Origin: a virus
Taxonomy: Duplodnaviria > Caudoviricetes
Length of the DNA stretch: 64,000 nt
Direction: 5' to 3' (one strand)
IMG/VR virus record: IMGVR_UViG_3300014204_000139
Span: 31,655-95,654 of that record
Below the pieces are notes generated by a model. That model had not been told where the DNA came from, did not search any database, and saw only the letters and a list, made by a program, of their open reading frames with translations. This document shows positions 24,459 to 34,519 of the stretch, piece after piece. The first letter of the stretch is position 1, and each line of letters opens with the position of its first letter. The translations under genes were made by a program, and so were the position numbers.

Positions 24459-25792
24459 ATTTCAAGTTCCTTAACTAGATTAGTTAATTTTTCTTTATCA
24501 TTTAATTCAGGTTCATCTAAAACACATTCCAATAAATACTTCAAAACATCACCAACTTCTTTTCCTGGTTTTAATCCTGTTAATTCCATAATCTCATAAC
24601 CATCTATTTTTAAATCTCGAAATTGATTAACAGGGTCTTTTCTATTAGCCTGATCTCTAAAACATTTTGTTAAGTTATAGATATCTCTTAGTTTATAATA
24701 TTCTCTACTTTTTAAACCACCCATCTTATCACAAATTGCAACTCTAATTAGACTTTGGTATGGAATATTACAATCATTTAATGATTTGAGAGTTCTCCTT
24801 ACACCCTTTGGACCAGTTCTTTCACTGGAGACTCTCATATGCAATAATATTAAATTAGAGATTAAATTAATCTCTTCATAACTAAACCTTAAATTTCCTA
24901 ATTCAAATTTTGCTTCTTCACATCCTGTTTCCTCATGACCCTCAAACCAAATATCTTTTGTTTTTGGGTTAGTTCTTGCAGAGATTGGTTTTCCTATATC
25001 ATGAAGATAGGCAGCTAATTTGATTAATGGATCTTTTGTATGACAATGATCGCCTGCCATCATACAGTGATCAAATACATCTTCTATATGATATGGACCA
25101 CCTGGGTGCAAATATGCTAAATTTAAACTTGGAAAAACATATTTTAATGCATTAATATCATAAAGAGATCTAAAGAATATGGAAGCCTTTTTTACTGACA
25201 TAGCTTTTAATACTTCAAGTCTTATTCTTTCTGGACTAATATAAGACTTAATATAATCAGAATATTTTTTCAAAGATTCAAATGTATCATCTGAAAAGTA
25301 TCCATCAATTTTTGCTAAAAATCTACAAGCTCTTATGATTCTATTTGGATCTTCCCAGATTCTCTTTTCTGGTTCTCCATTAAATCTTATGATTCTCTTT
25401 TGAAGATCTTCTTGACCATTTACATAATCAATAATCTTTTTTGAAGTTGGATCATATAGTAAAGAATTAATTGTAAAATCCCTTCTTTTTACATCCTCTT
25501 CAGCTGATTTAGAAACTTTAATTTGTACATTTTTATCATTTAGTCCATTATAAGAATCTGTTCTGAATGTTGCAACTTCAATACCATCAATAAAAGTAAC
25601 CAGAAAACTTTTACCAAATGTTTTTATTTCTTGATCTTTAAAAATTTCAATTAATTTATCTGGTTCAGCTGAAGTTACTACATCTTTATCTTTACATTTA
25701 ATCCCTAGAATCATATCTCTAACATAACCACCAACAAGATATGATTCATAACCTAAATCTTGAAGTTTTAAAATAATTTCTTCTGCAGTCAT
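24455..25792 (-). CDS. cca: CCA-adding tRNA nucleotidyltransferase / poly(A) polymerase family with HD domain
   Basis: VGGYVRD..DKD, EVATFR, RRDFTIN, EDPNRIIRA.RF, LHDIGK, GHE. Confidence 0.88.
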   Translation of the reverse strand: MTAEEIILKLQDLGYESYLVGGYVRDMILGIKCKDKDVVTSAEPDKLIEIFKDQEIKTFGKSFLVTFIDGIEVATFRTDSYNGLNDKNVQIKVSKSAEEDVKRRDFTINSLLYDPTSKKIIDYVNGQEDLQKRIIRFNGEPEKRIWEDPNRIIRACRFLAKIDGYFSDDTFESLKKYSDYIKSYISPERIRLEVLKAMSVKKASIFFRSLYDINALKYVFPSLNLAYLHPGGPYHIEDVFDHCMMAGDHCHTKDPLIKLAAYLHDIGKPISARTNPKTKDIWFEGHEETGCEEAKFELGNLRFSYEEINLISNLILLHMRVSSERTGPKGVRRTLKSLNDCNIPYQSLIRVAICDKMGGLKSREYYKLRDIYNLTKCFRDQANRKDPVNQFRDLKIDGYEIMELTGLKPGKEVGDVLKYLLECVLDEPELNDKEKLTNLVKELEI

Positions 25793-25807
25793 AGTTTTTC
25801 CCTAATA

Positions 25808-26041
25808 TTAGTCAATTTCTACTCTATCTATTTTTCCACAAATAGTGCATTTATTAACATAAATTATTGATTTTACCACTTCTTGATAATAATAATTTCT
25901 ATTTGTTATTCTATACTGTTCAATTAATATCCATTTATGATTAGTACATGGTGGTTCTCTAAAAGCTTTTCCACAATTTATACAATATTGAAATCCATCT
26001 TTTTCAACTTTTCCTAGCTTATGTTTACAAAAATTAAACAT
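25808..26041 (-). CDS. small zinc-finger protein
   Basis: CKH..CINCG..C.NH..CTICG. Confidence 0.6.
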   Translation of the reverse strand: MFNFCKHKLGKVEKDGFQYCINCGKAFREPPCTNHKWILIEQYRITNRNYYYQEVVKSIIYVNKCTICGKIDRVEID

Positions 26042-26084
26042 TAATATTCCTTTTTATAAAAAACTTTTTAAAGATTTTATTTCT

Positions 26085-26360
26085 TTATATACCATATCTT
26101 CTATAATTTTCGCCTTCAATCGACTTTCTAATAATTTTTTCATACCAACTATTATCTTCGTCTTCAATTAAACTTTTATTAACTTCTTCAAGCAAAATAT
26201 TATCTTCTTGATCATATGATTCAATTTCTAAAGTTCCAAAACAATCATAATTATATACAAAACTTTTACATTTTTTAATTTCGCTTGAATCTTCTTTAGT
26301 ACAAAATAAACTTTTAGTACAAAATAAACAAGGAAAACTTGCATCTTCTCTTACTATCAT
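26085..26360 (-). CDS. hypothetical protein
   Basis: 91-aa ORF with GAGGAG RBS. Confidence 0.55.
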   Translation of the reverse strand: MIVREDASFPCLFCTKSLFCTKEDSSEIKKCKSFVYNYDCFGTLEIESYDQEDNILLEEVNKSLIEDEDNSWYEKIIRKSIEGENYRRYGI

Positions 26361-26662
26361 GATTCTTCTCCTCTTTCTGATTGAATAATAGCTTTATTAA
26401 ATTCTTTTAAAACTTTTGAAATTTGATCCTCATGAAAACCATTTGCTGTACTTATTAATGTTTGTGGTATTTTCTTAATTAGTTTATATTTTCCTTGTCC
26501 AATTCTTTCTAGATAATTCTCTCTTGTTAGTGTTCTTCTGTATATATCAATTGTATATTTTTCACCTGTAGTTTCTATTTCTTTAATAATTTCTTTTCTG
26601 GTTATTATTTCTCCAATTGAATGAGTATTTATAAAATTAATTAATTTCTGAAATTTTGTCAT
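26357..26662 (-). CDS. winged-helix-like hypothetical protein
   Basis: ITRKEII...YLERIGQGKY wHTH-like pattern. Confidence 0.55.
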   Translation of the reverse strand: MTKFQKLINFINTHSIGEIITRKEIIKEIETTGEKYTIDIYRRTLTRENYLERIGQGKYKLIKKIPQTLISTANGFHEDQISKVLKEFNKAIIQSERGEES

Positions 26663-27164
26663 TTTTCTCTTTCTTTAATTTTAATTCTAATTTTTTCAAT
26701 AAAAAAAGATAATATGTTTTAAAAATTAAAAGAATTAAATCTTCATTTTCAATTTCAATTATTGGTTTATGATTATTAATTCCATCAAATGTTAATTTCA
26801 TAATCCAAGTATAGTCATAATCAGAATAAATATTCATACAACAAACCAATTTACTTTCTCTAATTATCTTCAAAAAATTAAGAGCGTATTCTTTATTGAA
26901 TAGTTTTTTAAATAGATTATCTTTATCAAAATACAATTTTATATTATTTTTTGTTAAATAAGAATACATAGTTCTATTTCCAAATGAAAATTTATGCCAA
27001 ATTCTTTTAAATTTTGATTTTGGCACTTCTATTTTTTCTATTATAAAAATATGATCCAACAAGAAAAAAATAAGATCATCACCTTTTAAAGCATTAAATT
27101 TATTTTCTATATCTTTTATTCTATTTAATTTACTTTCTAAATCGTTCATTGTTTTTCCTTTCAA
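26637..27164 (-). CDS. hypothetical protein
   Basis: First ORF after the early motif at 27186-27200. Confidence 0.6.
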   Translation of the reverse strand: MKGKTMNDLESKLNRIKDIENKFNALKGDDLIFFLLDHIFIIEKIEVPKSKFKRIWHKFSFGNRTMYSYLTKNNIKLYFDKDNLFKKLFNKEYALNFLKIIRESKLVCCMNIYSDYDYTWIMKLTFDGINNHKPIIEIENEDLILLIFKTYYLFLLKKLELKLKKEKNDKISEIN

Positions 27165-27185
27165 TAAATTTTTATTATTTCATTA

Positions 27186-27200
27186 AATAATATATGTAGT
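27186..27200 (-). promoter_or_regulatory. putative early-class promoter ACTACATATATTATT
   Basis: Recurring motif heading the 12.5-27.2 kb minus-strand block. Confidence 0.6.
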
Positions 27201-27266
27201 AACTAATTAAATAACTAAATTTAAATTCGGAAGTTTCTAAAAACATTTGATAAGTTCAGGAAAATA

Positions 27267-27277
27267 TAGAACAAAAT
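27267..27277 (+). promoter_or_regulatory. putative late-class promoter TAGAACAAAAT
   Basis: Heads the plus-strand structural block. Confidence 0.6.
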
Positions 27278-27312
27278 ATAAATTACCATTATTTTACTCA
27301 TGGAGAGAATGA

Positions 27313-27825
27313 ATGCTTAAAAAGTATTTAAAGTGGTTAAGCGAAGATAATGAAACCGAGTCAGTTGGTGGTTTCGCAATAGATTCTTTTCCAAATAAAG
27401 CTAATAAAAAACCTTTACCCGTAGTATATCCAGAAAATATAGTCGGAGAAAATTATAATCCAGATGTTGAAAGAATTATGATTGATTTTGACAGAACTAT
27501 TCATAAATATTCAGAAGGTTGGAAAGACGGATCTATATATGATGAACCATTTGATGGAGTAAAAGAAGTTATTAAAATTCTCAGAGAAAATGGTTATGAA
27601 ATAGTAATTTTTACTTGCAGATTGAGTGAAACTGCTAATGGAAAAGAAAATGTTGAAAAACAAAAAATCTTAATTAAAGATTGGTTGAAAAAATATGAAA
27701 TTGAAGTGGATGGTATGACTGCAGAAAAATTACCAGCTTTAGCTTATATTGATGATTCAGCTTTATATTTTGATGGACAATGGAATAAAGAATTTGTCAA
27801 TCAAATAAAAAATAGAATTACTTAA
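27313..27825 (+). CDS. HAD-superfamily phosphatase/nucleotidase
   Basis: IDFDRTI (DxD), IFTCR, EK.P..AYIDD. Confidence 0.8.
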   Translation: MLKKYLKWLSEDNETESVGGFAIDSFPNKANKKPLPVVYPENIVGENYNPDVERIMIDFDRTIHKYSEGWKDGSIYDEPFDGVKEVIKILRENGYEIVIFTCRLSETANGKENVEKQKILIKDWLKKYEIEVDGMTAEKLPALAYIDDSALYFDGQWNKEFVNQIKNRIT

Positions 27826-27829
27826 AAAT

Positions 27830-27839
27830 CAGAACAAAT
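27830..27839 (+). promoter_or_regulatory. putative late-class promoter CAGAACAAAT
   Basis: Recurring motif. Confidence 0.55.
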
Positions 27840-27870
27840 ATATAATAAGAAAAAATTTTAAAGAGATAAA

Positions 27871-29085
27871 ATGTCAAGAGGAAAAGTAATATCTGTACCA
27901 TTAAATGATAATGAAAATTTAATATGTGAATATGGATGCGGTAAAAAAGCTAAATTTAGATTTACTAATAATAAAGTTTGTTGTTCAAATATACATGTTA
28001 AATGTGATAATTTTAGAAAAAATCTATCTGTAAAAAATTATGGAAAAGCAAATACAGGGCAATGTTTTAAAAATTACGATAATTTACTTTGTCATTTTGG
28101 TTGTGGACAATTAGCTAAATATAAGTTTAAAAATAAAGTATGTTGTGAAAAATATGTTAATTCATGTCCATCTGTAAGACAAAAAATGAGTAATAGCATG
28201 TCAGGTAGAGAAACTAAAGCTAATAAAATTGAGAATATTACAGGAATTCTTTGTGAATTTGGTTGTGGAAAAATAGCACAATATAAGTATAAACTTGGAA
28301 AATATTCGTGCAGTGAAAAGTGGGAAAGTTGTCCAGTTATTAGAAAAAGAAATTCAGAAATAATTATAAATAAATGGTTACAACCAGATTTTAGAGATAA
28401 AATTACTAAAAGAATTAGAGATTCAAGAGATGAAAAATTTTGTAATTTGATCAGTTTAAAAAAACTTTCTGAATGGCGAGATCCGAATAGTTTACTTAAT
28501 TCATTAGAAAGAAGTAAAAAATTAAGTAAATCTCAAAAAATGGGATTAGAAAAATTATCTAAAAAATATCCAGATTTTATAAAAAATAGAAATGGTGAAG
28601 TAATAGAAGATGAAAAAACTAGAAAAATTATAGTAAAATGTGATTGTTGTAAAAAATGGTTTATTCCAGAAGAAGAATATTTATATGAAGCTACTTTTAA
28701 ATCTACTATTAAAAATTTATATTTTTTAATGCTATGTAGTTTTAAATGTTTTATAAAAATGGGAATTGAACCTAAAAAATGGTCATATTTAGAAGAATAT
28801 AAAAAATATAAAGAATATAGCTATAAAGTAGTAAAAGAAACAGGAAAAACAATTAGAAAATATGGAAATAAAATAAAAAATTTAGAGTTAAGAGGATTTA
28901 AATTTGGATATGAAATAGATCATAAATTATCAGTAATTCAGGGTTTTAAATTAGGAGTAGATATAAAAATAATTTCACATTGGAAAAATTTAGAAATAAT
29001 AACATTACAAAAAAATAGAAAAAAATTAGGAAATTCTTCTATAACTTTAGAAGAATTATTGAAAGAAATTAAAAGTATACAATAG
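27871..29085 (+). CDS. putative HNH homing endonuclease with three N-terminal C-x-[YF]-GCG repeats
   Basis: CEYGCG/CHFGCG/CEFGCG; C-terminal IDHKLSV..GF...HWKNLEII...N.KK. Confidence 0.75.
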   Translation: MSRGKVISVPLNDNENLICEYGCGKKAKFRFTNNKVCCSNIHVKCDNFRKNLSVKNYGKANTGQCFKNYDNLLCHFGCGQLAKYKFKNKVCCEKYVNSCPSVRQKMSNSMSGRETKANKIENITGILCEFGCGKIAQYKYKLGKYSCSEKWESCPVIRKRNSEIIINKWLQPDFRDKITKRIRDSRDEKFCNLISLKKLSEWRDPNSLLNSLERSKKLSKSQKMGLEKLSKKYPDFIKNRNGEVIEDEKTRKIIVKCDCCKKWFIPEEEYLYEATFKSTIKNLYFLMLCSFKCFIKMGIEPKKWSYLEEYKKYKEYSYKVVKETGKTIRKYGNKIKNLELRGFKFGYEIDHKLSVIQGFKLGVDIKIISHWKNLEIITLQKNRKKLGNSSITLEELLKEIKSIQ

Positions 29086-29098
29086 GGGGTATATCATT

Positions 29099-29818
29099 AT
29101 GCGCTATAGTTTTGCTGAATTGGGGCAAAATATGTTAACAAGAAAATTTGGTGGAACAAAAGTAGGTGTAGCAGATCCATATATTACAGGATATCATTTT
29201 ATATATTTTGATAATCTACCACCAAGACTTATCAATTTTACAAATGCTTATAACAGTGGTTTAAATAATATTGATGAGATTGCAAATGTTCTTTCAGCTT
29301 CTTGTTTAAGTGTAACTCCTCCAGGGGGAAGTCTTAATAAGATAGAATTTACTGGATTGGGTGGAGTTAAATTTGCGGTTCCTGGAAATATTGATTATGG
29401 AAATAGTGTTTCTATAAAATTCTTAGAGTTTAATAAAACACCTATTTTAGATATTTTCTCTGGATGGTTCAAATTAATTCGAGATTATAGAACAGGTGTT
29501 ACTGATTTGGTTGATGGAGAGCAAGGAGAGGGATATACTAAAAAAGCTTATGGAGCTTCAATGTTTTATTGGACAACTGCACCTGATGCAGAAACAGTAG
29601 AATTTTTTGCATACTATGATGGTATGTTCCCAACAAAAGATCCATCTGATTTATTTGGTAGTGATGTAGAAACAGTAGGAAGACTTGATATAGAAATAGA
29701 ATTTAACGTTGACTATGCATGGAGAGAACCATGGGTTCTTCAGAAATGTAAAGATTATACTGAATTCTTCAAGGCTTCTAAATCAACTGTTAAAGAATAC
29801 AATCCATCAGGAAGATAA
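29099..29818 (+). CDS. putative tail tube protein
   Basis: Tube-like pattern (SVTPPG, FLEF, YYDGMFPT, IEFNVD); upstream of baseplate genes. Confidence 0.65.
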   Translation: MRYSFAELGQNMLTRKFGGTKVGVADPYITGYHFIYFDNLPPRLINFTNAYNSGLNNIDEIANVLSASCLSVTPPGGSLNKIEFTGLGGVKFAVPGNIDYGNSVSIKFLEFNKTPILDIFSGWFKLIRDYRTGVTDLVDGEQGEGYTKKAYGASMFYWTTAPDAETVEFFAYYDGMFPTKDPSDLFGSDVETVGRLDIEIEFNVDYAWREPWVLQKCKDYTEFFKASKSTVKEYNPSGR

Positions 29819-29855
29819 TTTTAAAAATAGAAAATAAAAGAAAGGGGATTAAAAA

Positions 29856-30647
29856 ATGTCATTTACAGGTTTTAACATAAAATATCCAGAATACGAGGTA
29901 ATAACTCCACAGACACATTTATCATTTACAACTAGAAGTTTAAGCGTTCAAGATGAAGAAAGATTAAAAGGTTCATTAATGACACCTTCTAAAATAATTG
30001 AACATTTAAACAAATCTATTTATGAAACATTAGTTAAGAAACCAGATACAATTAAGGAGTACAAAGATTTCTTAAAATTAGTAACTTTAAAAGATAGAGA
30101 TACTTTACTTTATGGTCTTTATCATATAACTTATGAAGATATAAGAAATTATGATATTAAATGTAAAAATTGTAAAAAGGATTTCTCGGTTACTGTATCA
30201 GCTTCAGATACTTTTAATTTTAATCCTTATCCAGGTGAAGATATATTAACAAAAAGAATTAAAGTTACTCTACCAAAATCAGTTGGAGTTTACGCTTATA
30301 TTAAACAACCAACTTTAGATGATGAAATGGAATCTATTAAAAATATGTCAGCTAGACCTGGTTTAACAATGGATATAATTACAGAAACATTAATTATTGA
30401 AAAATTTGAACAAGATATTGAAGCTAGTATTGAACCAAGAATTATTAATACTAGAATTGATGTAATAGATGCATATAGATCTTTACCAGCTAAAGATAAA
30501 AGAGAAATTCATGAAAAATTTAATGAAGAGTTTGGTCAATTTGAAACTTCTTTAAAAATGAAAGTTTTTTGTCAGCACTGTGGTACTGAAGATATTATAA
30601 CATTAGATTTGGTCGACAACTTTTTTCGTATGGTGTACTCTTCATAG
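29856..30647 (+). CDS. baseplate hub assembly protein (T4 gp26-like)
   Basis: PEYEVITP, RSLSVQDE, CKNC and CQHCG, terminal FF. Confidence 0.75.
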   Translation: MSFTGFNIKYPEYEVITPQTHLSFTTRSLSVQDEERLKGSLMTPSKIIEHLNKSIYETLVKKPDTIKEYKDFLKLVTLKDRDTLLYGLYHITYEDIRNYDIKCKNCKKDFSVTVSASDTFNFNPYPGEDILTKRIKVTLPKSVGVYAYIKQPTLDDEMESIKNMSARPGLTMDIITETLIIEKFEQDIEASIEPRIINTRIDVIDAYRSLPAKDKREIHEKFNEEFGQFETSLKMKVFCQHCGTEDIITLDLVDNFFRMVYSS

Positions 30648-30651
30648 TGAT

Positions 30652-30858
30652 ATGATACGTTATAAGAAAAGTCTGACAGAGAATATATTTTCATTAATGG
30701 AATTAATGAAAATTCCATATCATGATATTATGTTCATGCCAGTAAAAAGATTTTATGATTTAATCAAATGGAAATCTGATTTAGAAGAAGAGAAACAAAA
30801 AATTATGAAGGAGCAAGAAAGTAAGATCAGATCCAATCAAAAAAATATTAAGAGGTAA
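30652..30858 (+). CDS. baseplate hub assembly chaperone (T4 gp51-like)
   Basis: Small ORF after the gp26-like gene with Y.DI..MP..R. Confidence 0.6.
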   Translation: MIRYKKSLTENIFSLMELMKIPYHDIMFMPVKRFYDLIKWKSDLEEEKQKIMKEQESKIRSNQKNIKR

Positions 30859-30859
30859 A

Positions 30860-31285
30860 ATGGCTAATATATTAGATAGATTTAAAAGTACAACTGTTGG
30901 ATCATCTGGAAGAGTATTAGATTATTCTTCCAAGTTATCTCCAAATGGTGACTTTACTAAATTATATGATATAGATGCTATTCTTACTTCATGGAATAAT
31001 ATTTTAATTACACCTAGAGGTTCTATGGATCATGATCCTGAATTTGGATGTAATTTATACTTATATTTATTTGAACCATTAGATGAGGTCTCACAAGAGG
31101 GTATTAAAGATGAGATAATTAGTTCATTAAGTAGATATGATGACAGAGCTACTGTTGAAGATGTAGAGGTTTCTTTTTTTAAAAATAAAAAAGGTTTTAA
31201 TGTTTCAATAAGTGTAAGTTATGCAGGAACTAAAAATAATTTAAGTCTCACTTTGGATGAAAATACATATCAGAACTTTATTTAA
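30860..31285 (+). CDS. baseplate wedge protein (gp25-like)
   Basis: NILITPRGS..DPEFGCNL..YLFEP..YDDR. Confidence 0.88.
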   Translation: MANILDRFKSTTVGSSGRVLDYSSKLSPNGDFTKLYDIDAILTSWNNILITPRGSMDHDPEFGCNLYLYLFEPLDEVSQEGIKDEIISSLSRYDDRATVEDVEVSFFKNKKGFNVSISVSYAGTKNNLSLTLDENTYQNFI

Positions 31286-31289
31286 AAGA

Positions 31290-31299
31290 AGAACAAATT
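31290..31299 (+). promoter_or_regulatory. putative late-class promoter AGAACAAATT
   Basis: Recurring motif upstream of the 31328 gene. Confidence 0.5.
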
Positions 31300-31327
31300 A
31301 AAAATGATATAGGAGTCTACCATAAAA

Positions 31328-31876
31328 ATGGATGGAACTATAAAATATTTTGTTGTTAAAAAATATAAAGGATTATTAATTAAACGACATAAAAATAATA
31401 CACATTTATTTTTTATTCCGGTAGATCCTAAAAAATATATGTACCTAGCTTTAATTGGACAATTATCTGATGAAGAAGATACATATGCTGCTCAGTTATT
31501 AGTAAGACTACCAGAGGAAGTTATTGATGAAACCATTGAAGGAGAATATGAGTATTTTGGTGAAAGATTTGTAGAAGTAGAATCTTTAAAATGTAAATCA
31601 TTAAATCAATCACCAGGAAGATATTCAATTGCTCTTCCAAAAAAAGGTTTTAATATTAGATCAAATTTGGAAATAGAATATCAAGTTGAATATAGTACTG
31701 TTTCAAGAAGAATATATCTAATCAAAGGAGATTTAAATTTAATAACTGGGGAAATAACAGATCAAGACATAAAAATGGTTGCTTCAAAACAGGCAGCTTT
31801 TATGGGAGATAAACAAAGGTTTGAAGAAATGAAAAAAATAACAAAATCAGGAGGATTAAAATACTATTATGACTAG
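31328..31876 (+). CDS. hypothetical (probable virion) protein
   Basis: 182-aa ORF, AGGAG RBS, structural block. Confidence 0.65.
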   Translation: MDGTIKYFVVKKYKGLLIKRHKNNTHLFFIPVDPKKYMYLALIGQLSDEEDTYAAQLLVRLPEEVIDETIEGEYEYFGERFVEVESLKCKSLNQSPGRYSIALPKKGFNIRSNLEIEYQVEYSTVSRRIYLIKGDLNLITGEITDQDIKMVASKQAAFMGDKQRFEEMKKITKSGGLKYYYD

Positions 31877-32534
31877 AGACAGCAAATTAATCGAACTTTC
31901 TTGTAAAGAAGTTTTAATGACAATCGTTAAAGAGAGTAAGGTTCTAGACAAAAAACTTTCTTTTTTCCAGAAAACTCTTTTATATGATAAGATTAGAGAA
32001 ATGGATTATGATAAAGTTATTAGCCTTTTATTTAATGAAGGTGAAAAAATTACAACAGAACAGAAAAGAGATTTTGAATCAAAAACTAAAAAGATAGCTA
32101 CATATGGAGCAGCAGGTATAGGTGGTGCGATGCTTTATAGAAGAAGAAAAAATTTAAAAAATCTTCCAGGAAAAATAAAAAGAGGGGCAAAATGGATGTT
32201 TCAAGCACCTGGTGAACTAAAATCTTTTAGACTTCAGAAGGCTGGAACTAGAGCAGGTATTGTTGGTGCAGCTGGTGCTGTTGCAGGTCTATATCTTTTT
32301 AGAAAATTAACTGATCCTTGTATAAGAAAACATATTGGAAATAAACAAGCGCAGTTGGCTTGTAAAATGGAAGCATCCAAAAAAGTTATTTCTCAGATTA
32401 AAACAGATATTGGAAAGTGTACATCTGCATCTAATCCAGTTAAATGTAAACAAAAACTTTCTAAAGAATTAATTAAATGGCAGTCAAAGTATCAGTCATA
32501 TTTAGTTGAACTTTCAAAAGCTAAGAGACAGTAA
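31869..32534 (+). CDS. probable virion protein with Gly/Ala-rich helices and Cys-containing C-terminal domain
   Basis: GAAGIGG, GIVGAAGAVAG; C....NPVKC. Confidence 0.65.
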   Translation: MTRDSKLIELSCKEVLMTIVKESKVLDKKLSFFQKTLLYDKIREMDYDKVISLLFNEGEKITTEQKRDFESKTKKIATYGAAGIGGAMLYRRRKNLKNLPGKIKRGAKWMFQAPGELKSFRLQKAGTRAGIVGAAGAVAGLYLFRKLTDPCIRKHIGNKQAQLACKMEASKKVISQIKTDIGKCTSASNPVKCKQKLSKELIKWQSKYQSYLVELSKAKRQ

Positions 32535-32539
32535 TTTTA

Positions 32540-33082
32540 ATGAATGTCAAAAAAATTAGAAATCTTTTATTAAATGTAATACATACCAGTGATACAATTA
32601 AAAAAAAGATTTCTAATCTTGAAAGAAATCAATTAATTGAATCTATCAATACTATTTCTAATGATAAAATTTTAAAATTATATAAAATTTTAGAAGGTGA
32701 ACGTTCAAGAAATATTTTAAGAAAAATTGAAAGATATTCAAAATTGGCTGCTGTTCTTCCTGTTCCTGGAAGTGAAGCAATTTATGGAGTTTACAAATTA
32801 GCTACATTATTTAATTATAGATGTGGAATGACATGTCACAATAAAGTTGATGAACTTGATAAAAGATTGTGTTACAAATTATGTGATGTAGCATCTATTG
32901 AAAAAGCTATTGGTGAAGTTAAAAGAGAATTAACAGATTGTTGGTATGATAAAAATCCAAATAGATGCAGAAAAAGAACCATATCATATTTAAAAGAATT
33001 ATATAAAAAGTTAGAGAAATCAAGAATAAAACTAGTTTATTATCAAATTAAAATTAAGGAAAAAGAAAGTGCAAAATTATAA
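32540..33082 (+). CDS. probable virion protein, distant paralog of 31869..32534
   Basis: C....NPNRC motif shared. Confidence 0.6.
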   Translation: MNVKKIRNLLLNVIHTSDTIKKKISNLERNQLIESINTISNDKILKLYKILEGERSRNILRKIERYSKLAAVLPVPGSEAIYGVYKLATLFNYRCGMTCHNKVDELDKRLCYKLCDVASIEKAIGEVKRELTDCWYDKNPNRCRKRTISYLKELYKKLEKSRIKLVYYQIKIKEKESAKL

Positions 33083-33710
33083 TAGAATCAATGATTATTT
33101 TGTAGATTATTGGCGACTATTATATGACTATTATTCGAAACATGGACAAGCTTATTTAGTTACATATTATAATATAGATACTGTTGAAACTGTTTGGGAT
33201 AATGAAAATTTAATGGGTGGTTATTATGAAAAGATAGGTGTATATTCTGGAGTCAGATGGAAAAAAATTCTAACTCTTCCTGTATTTTTTATTGAAGAAA
33301 CAGATACTATTTTTGATGCTCAAGATGTAGGTTTAATAAATGAAGGAAAAACAGGATTTGTTATTCCTAGTTCATATGGTATAACTCCGTACGCAAATGA
33401 CATGATTAAATTATATCAAAATTATTTACAGGATGAAGATACTCATGCATTATTTGTAATAACAGGAATTCAAAAACAAAGTAGTGGAGACAGAACATTT
33501 TGGAAATGCAGCTGCAGTGTGGAGCAATCCCGCACAGAAATTGAGATTGATAGACAAGTAACAGACTCATTAATATTTTATGATTATGATAAAAAAATTC
33601 ATAATCTTACAGAATCAATTTCAATGACAAAATTATTATCAAAAAATGAAACAATTAGAGGAAATTTAAATTCATTGTTTGATCAAAATTCAGGATTATA
33701 CTTTGTATGA
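33069..33710 (+). CDS. probable neck/head-closure-like structural protein
   Basis: 213-aa beta-rich ORF in the structural block. Confidence 0.45.
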   Translation: MQNYNRINDYFVDYWRLLYDYYSKHGQAYLVTYYNIDTVETVWDNENLMGGYYEKIGVYSGVRWKKILTLPVFFIEETDTIFDAQDVGLINEGKTGFVIPSSYGITPYANDMIKLYQNYLQDEDTHALFVITGIQKQSSGDRTFWKCSCSVEQSRTEIEIDRQVTDSLIFYDYDKKIHNLTESISMTKLLSKNETIRGNLNSLFDQNSGLYFV

Positions 33711-34513
33711 TAAATTTTTGTTGTTATGGTTGTGGACAAGAAGCTAAATTTAAATTTAAAAATGGTAAATGGTGCTGTTGTTCTAGCCATAATAAATGCG
33801 AGAACATCAAAAATAAAAATACTGGTAATACAGGACATAAGTGTACAGATGAGAAAAAAGAAAAAATTAGACAAGGAAATACTGGAAAAATAATTTCAGA
33901 AAAAACAAAACATTTAATTTCAATATCTTCTAAAATTTGGTCAAATAGTGAAAATGGAAAAAAAATTTTATCTAACAATGGTAAAATGAGAAAAGGTAAA
34001 AAACTTAAACTTTGGTCAGAAGATCAAAAAAACAAACTAAGGGAAAAAAGATTAGGAAAAAATAATCCAATGTTTGGATTTCATCATAGTGATAAAACAA
34101 AAAGTATAATTGGTTTAAATTCTAGCAAACTAAAACATACAGATGAATTTAAAGAAAAAATGAGACAAAGAATGTTAAATGGTGGTCATGAATATGTTTC
34201 TTCTTTTATTACAAAAATTTCAAAAGAAGAAAAAGAATTACGAGAAATGGTAAAAAATTTATATTCAAATTGTATATATCAATTTAAAATTTTTAGATAT
34301 GAAATAGATGTTGCAATACCTGAATATAAAATAGCTATAGAATACGATGGTTGGTATCATTTTGATTCGGAAGAACACAAACAATATCATAAATTTAGGC
34401 AAGAACGAATTGAAGGTGAAGGATGGAAATTTTTAAGGTATAATATTTTTCAAAAGTTTCCAACATTAGATCAAATAGAAAAAGATTTAAATGAAATAAT
34501 AAAAGGATATTAA
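33707..34513 (+). CDS. putative homing endonuclease: CxYGCG module + NUMOD3-like repeats + DUF559/Vsr-like nuclease
   Basis: NNPMFGFHHSDKTK; IDVAIPEYKIAIEYDGWYH..GWKFLR. Confidence 0.8.
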   Translation: MINFCCYGCGQEAKFKFKNGKWCCCSSHNKCENIKNKNTGNTGHKCTDEKKEKIRQGNTGKIISEKTKHLISISSKIWSNSENGKKILSNNGKMRKGKKLKLWSEDQKNKLREKRLGKNNPMFGFHHSDKTKSIIGLNSSKLKHTDEFKEKMRQRMLNGGHEYVSSFITKISKEEKELREMVKNLYSNCIYQFKIFRYEIDVAIPEYKIAIEYDGWYHFDSEEHKQYHKFRQERIEGEGWKFLRYNIFQKFPTLDQIEKDLNEIIKGY

Positions 34514-34519
34514 AAATAA

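Noticed and set aside
26294-26329. Short tandem duplication encoding LFCTK twice
   Set aside because: Simple in-frame local duplication with no evident function.
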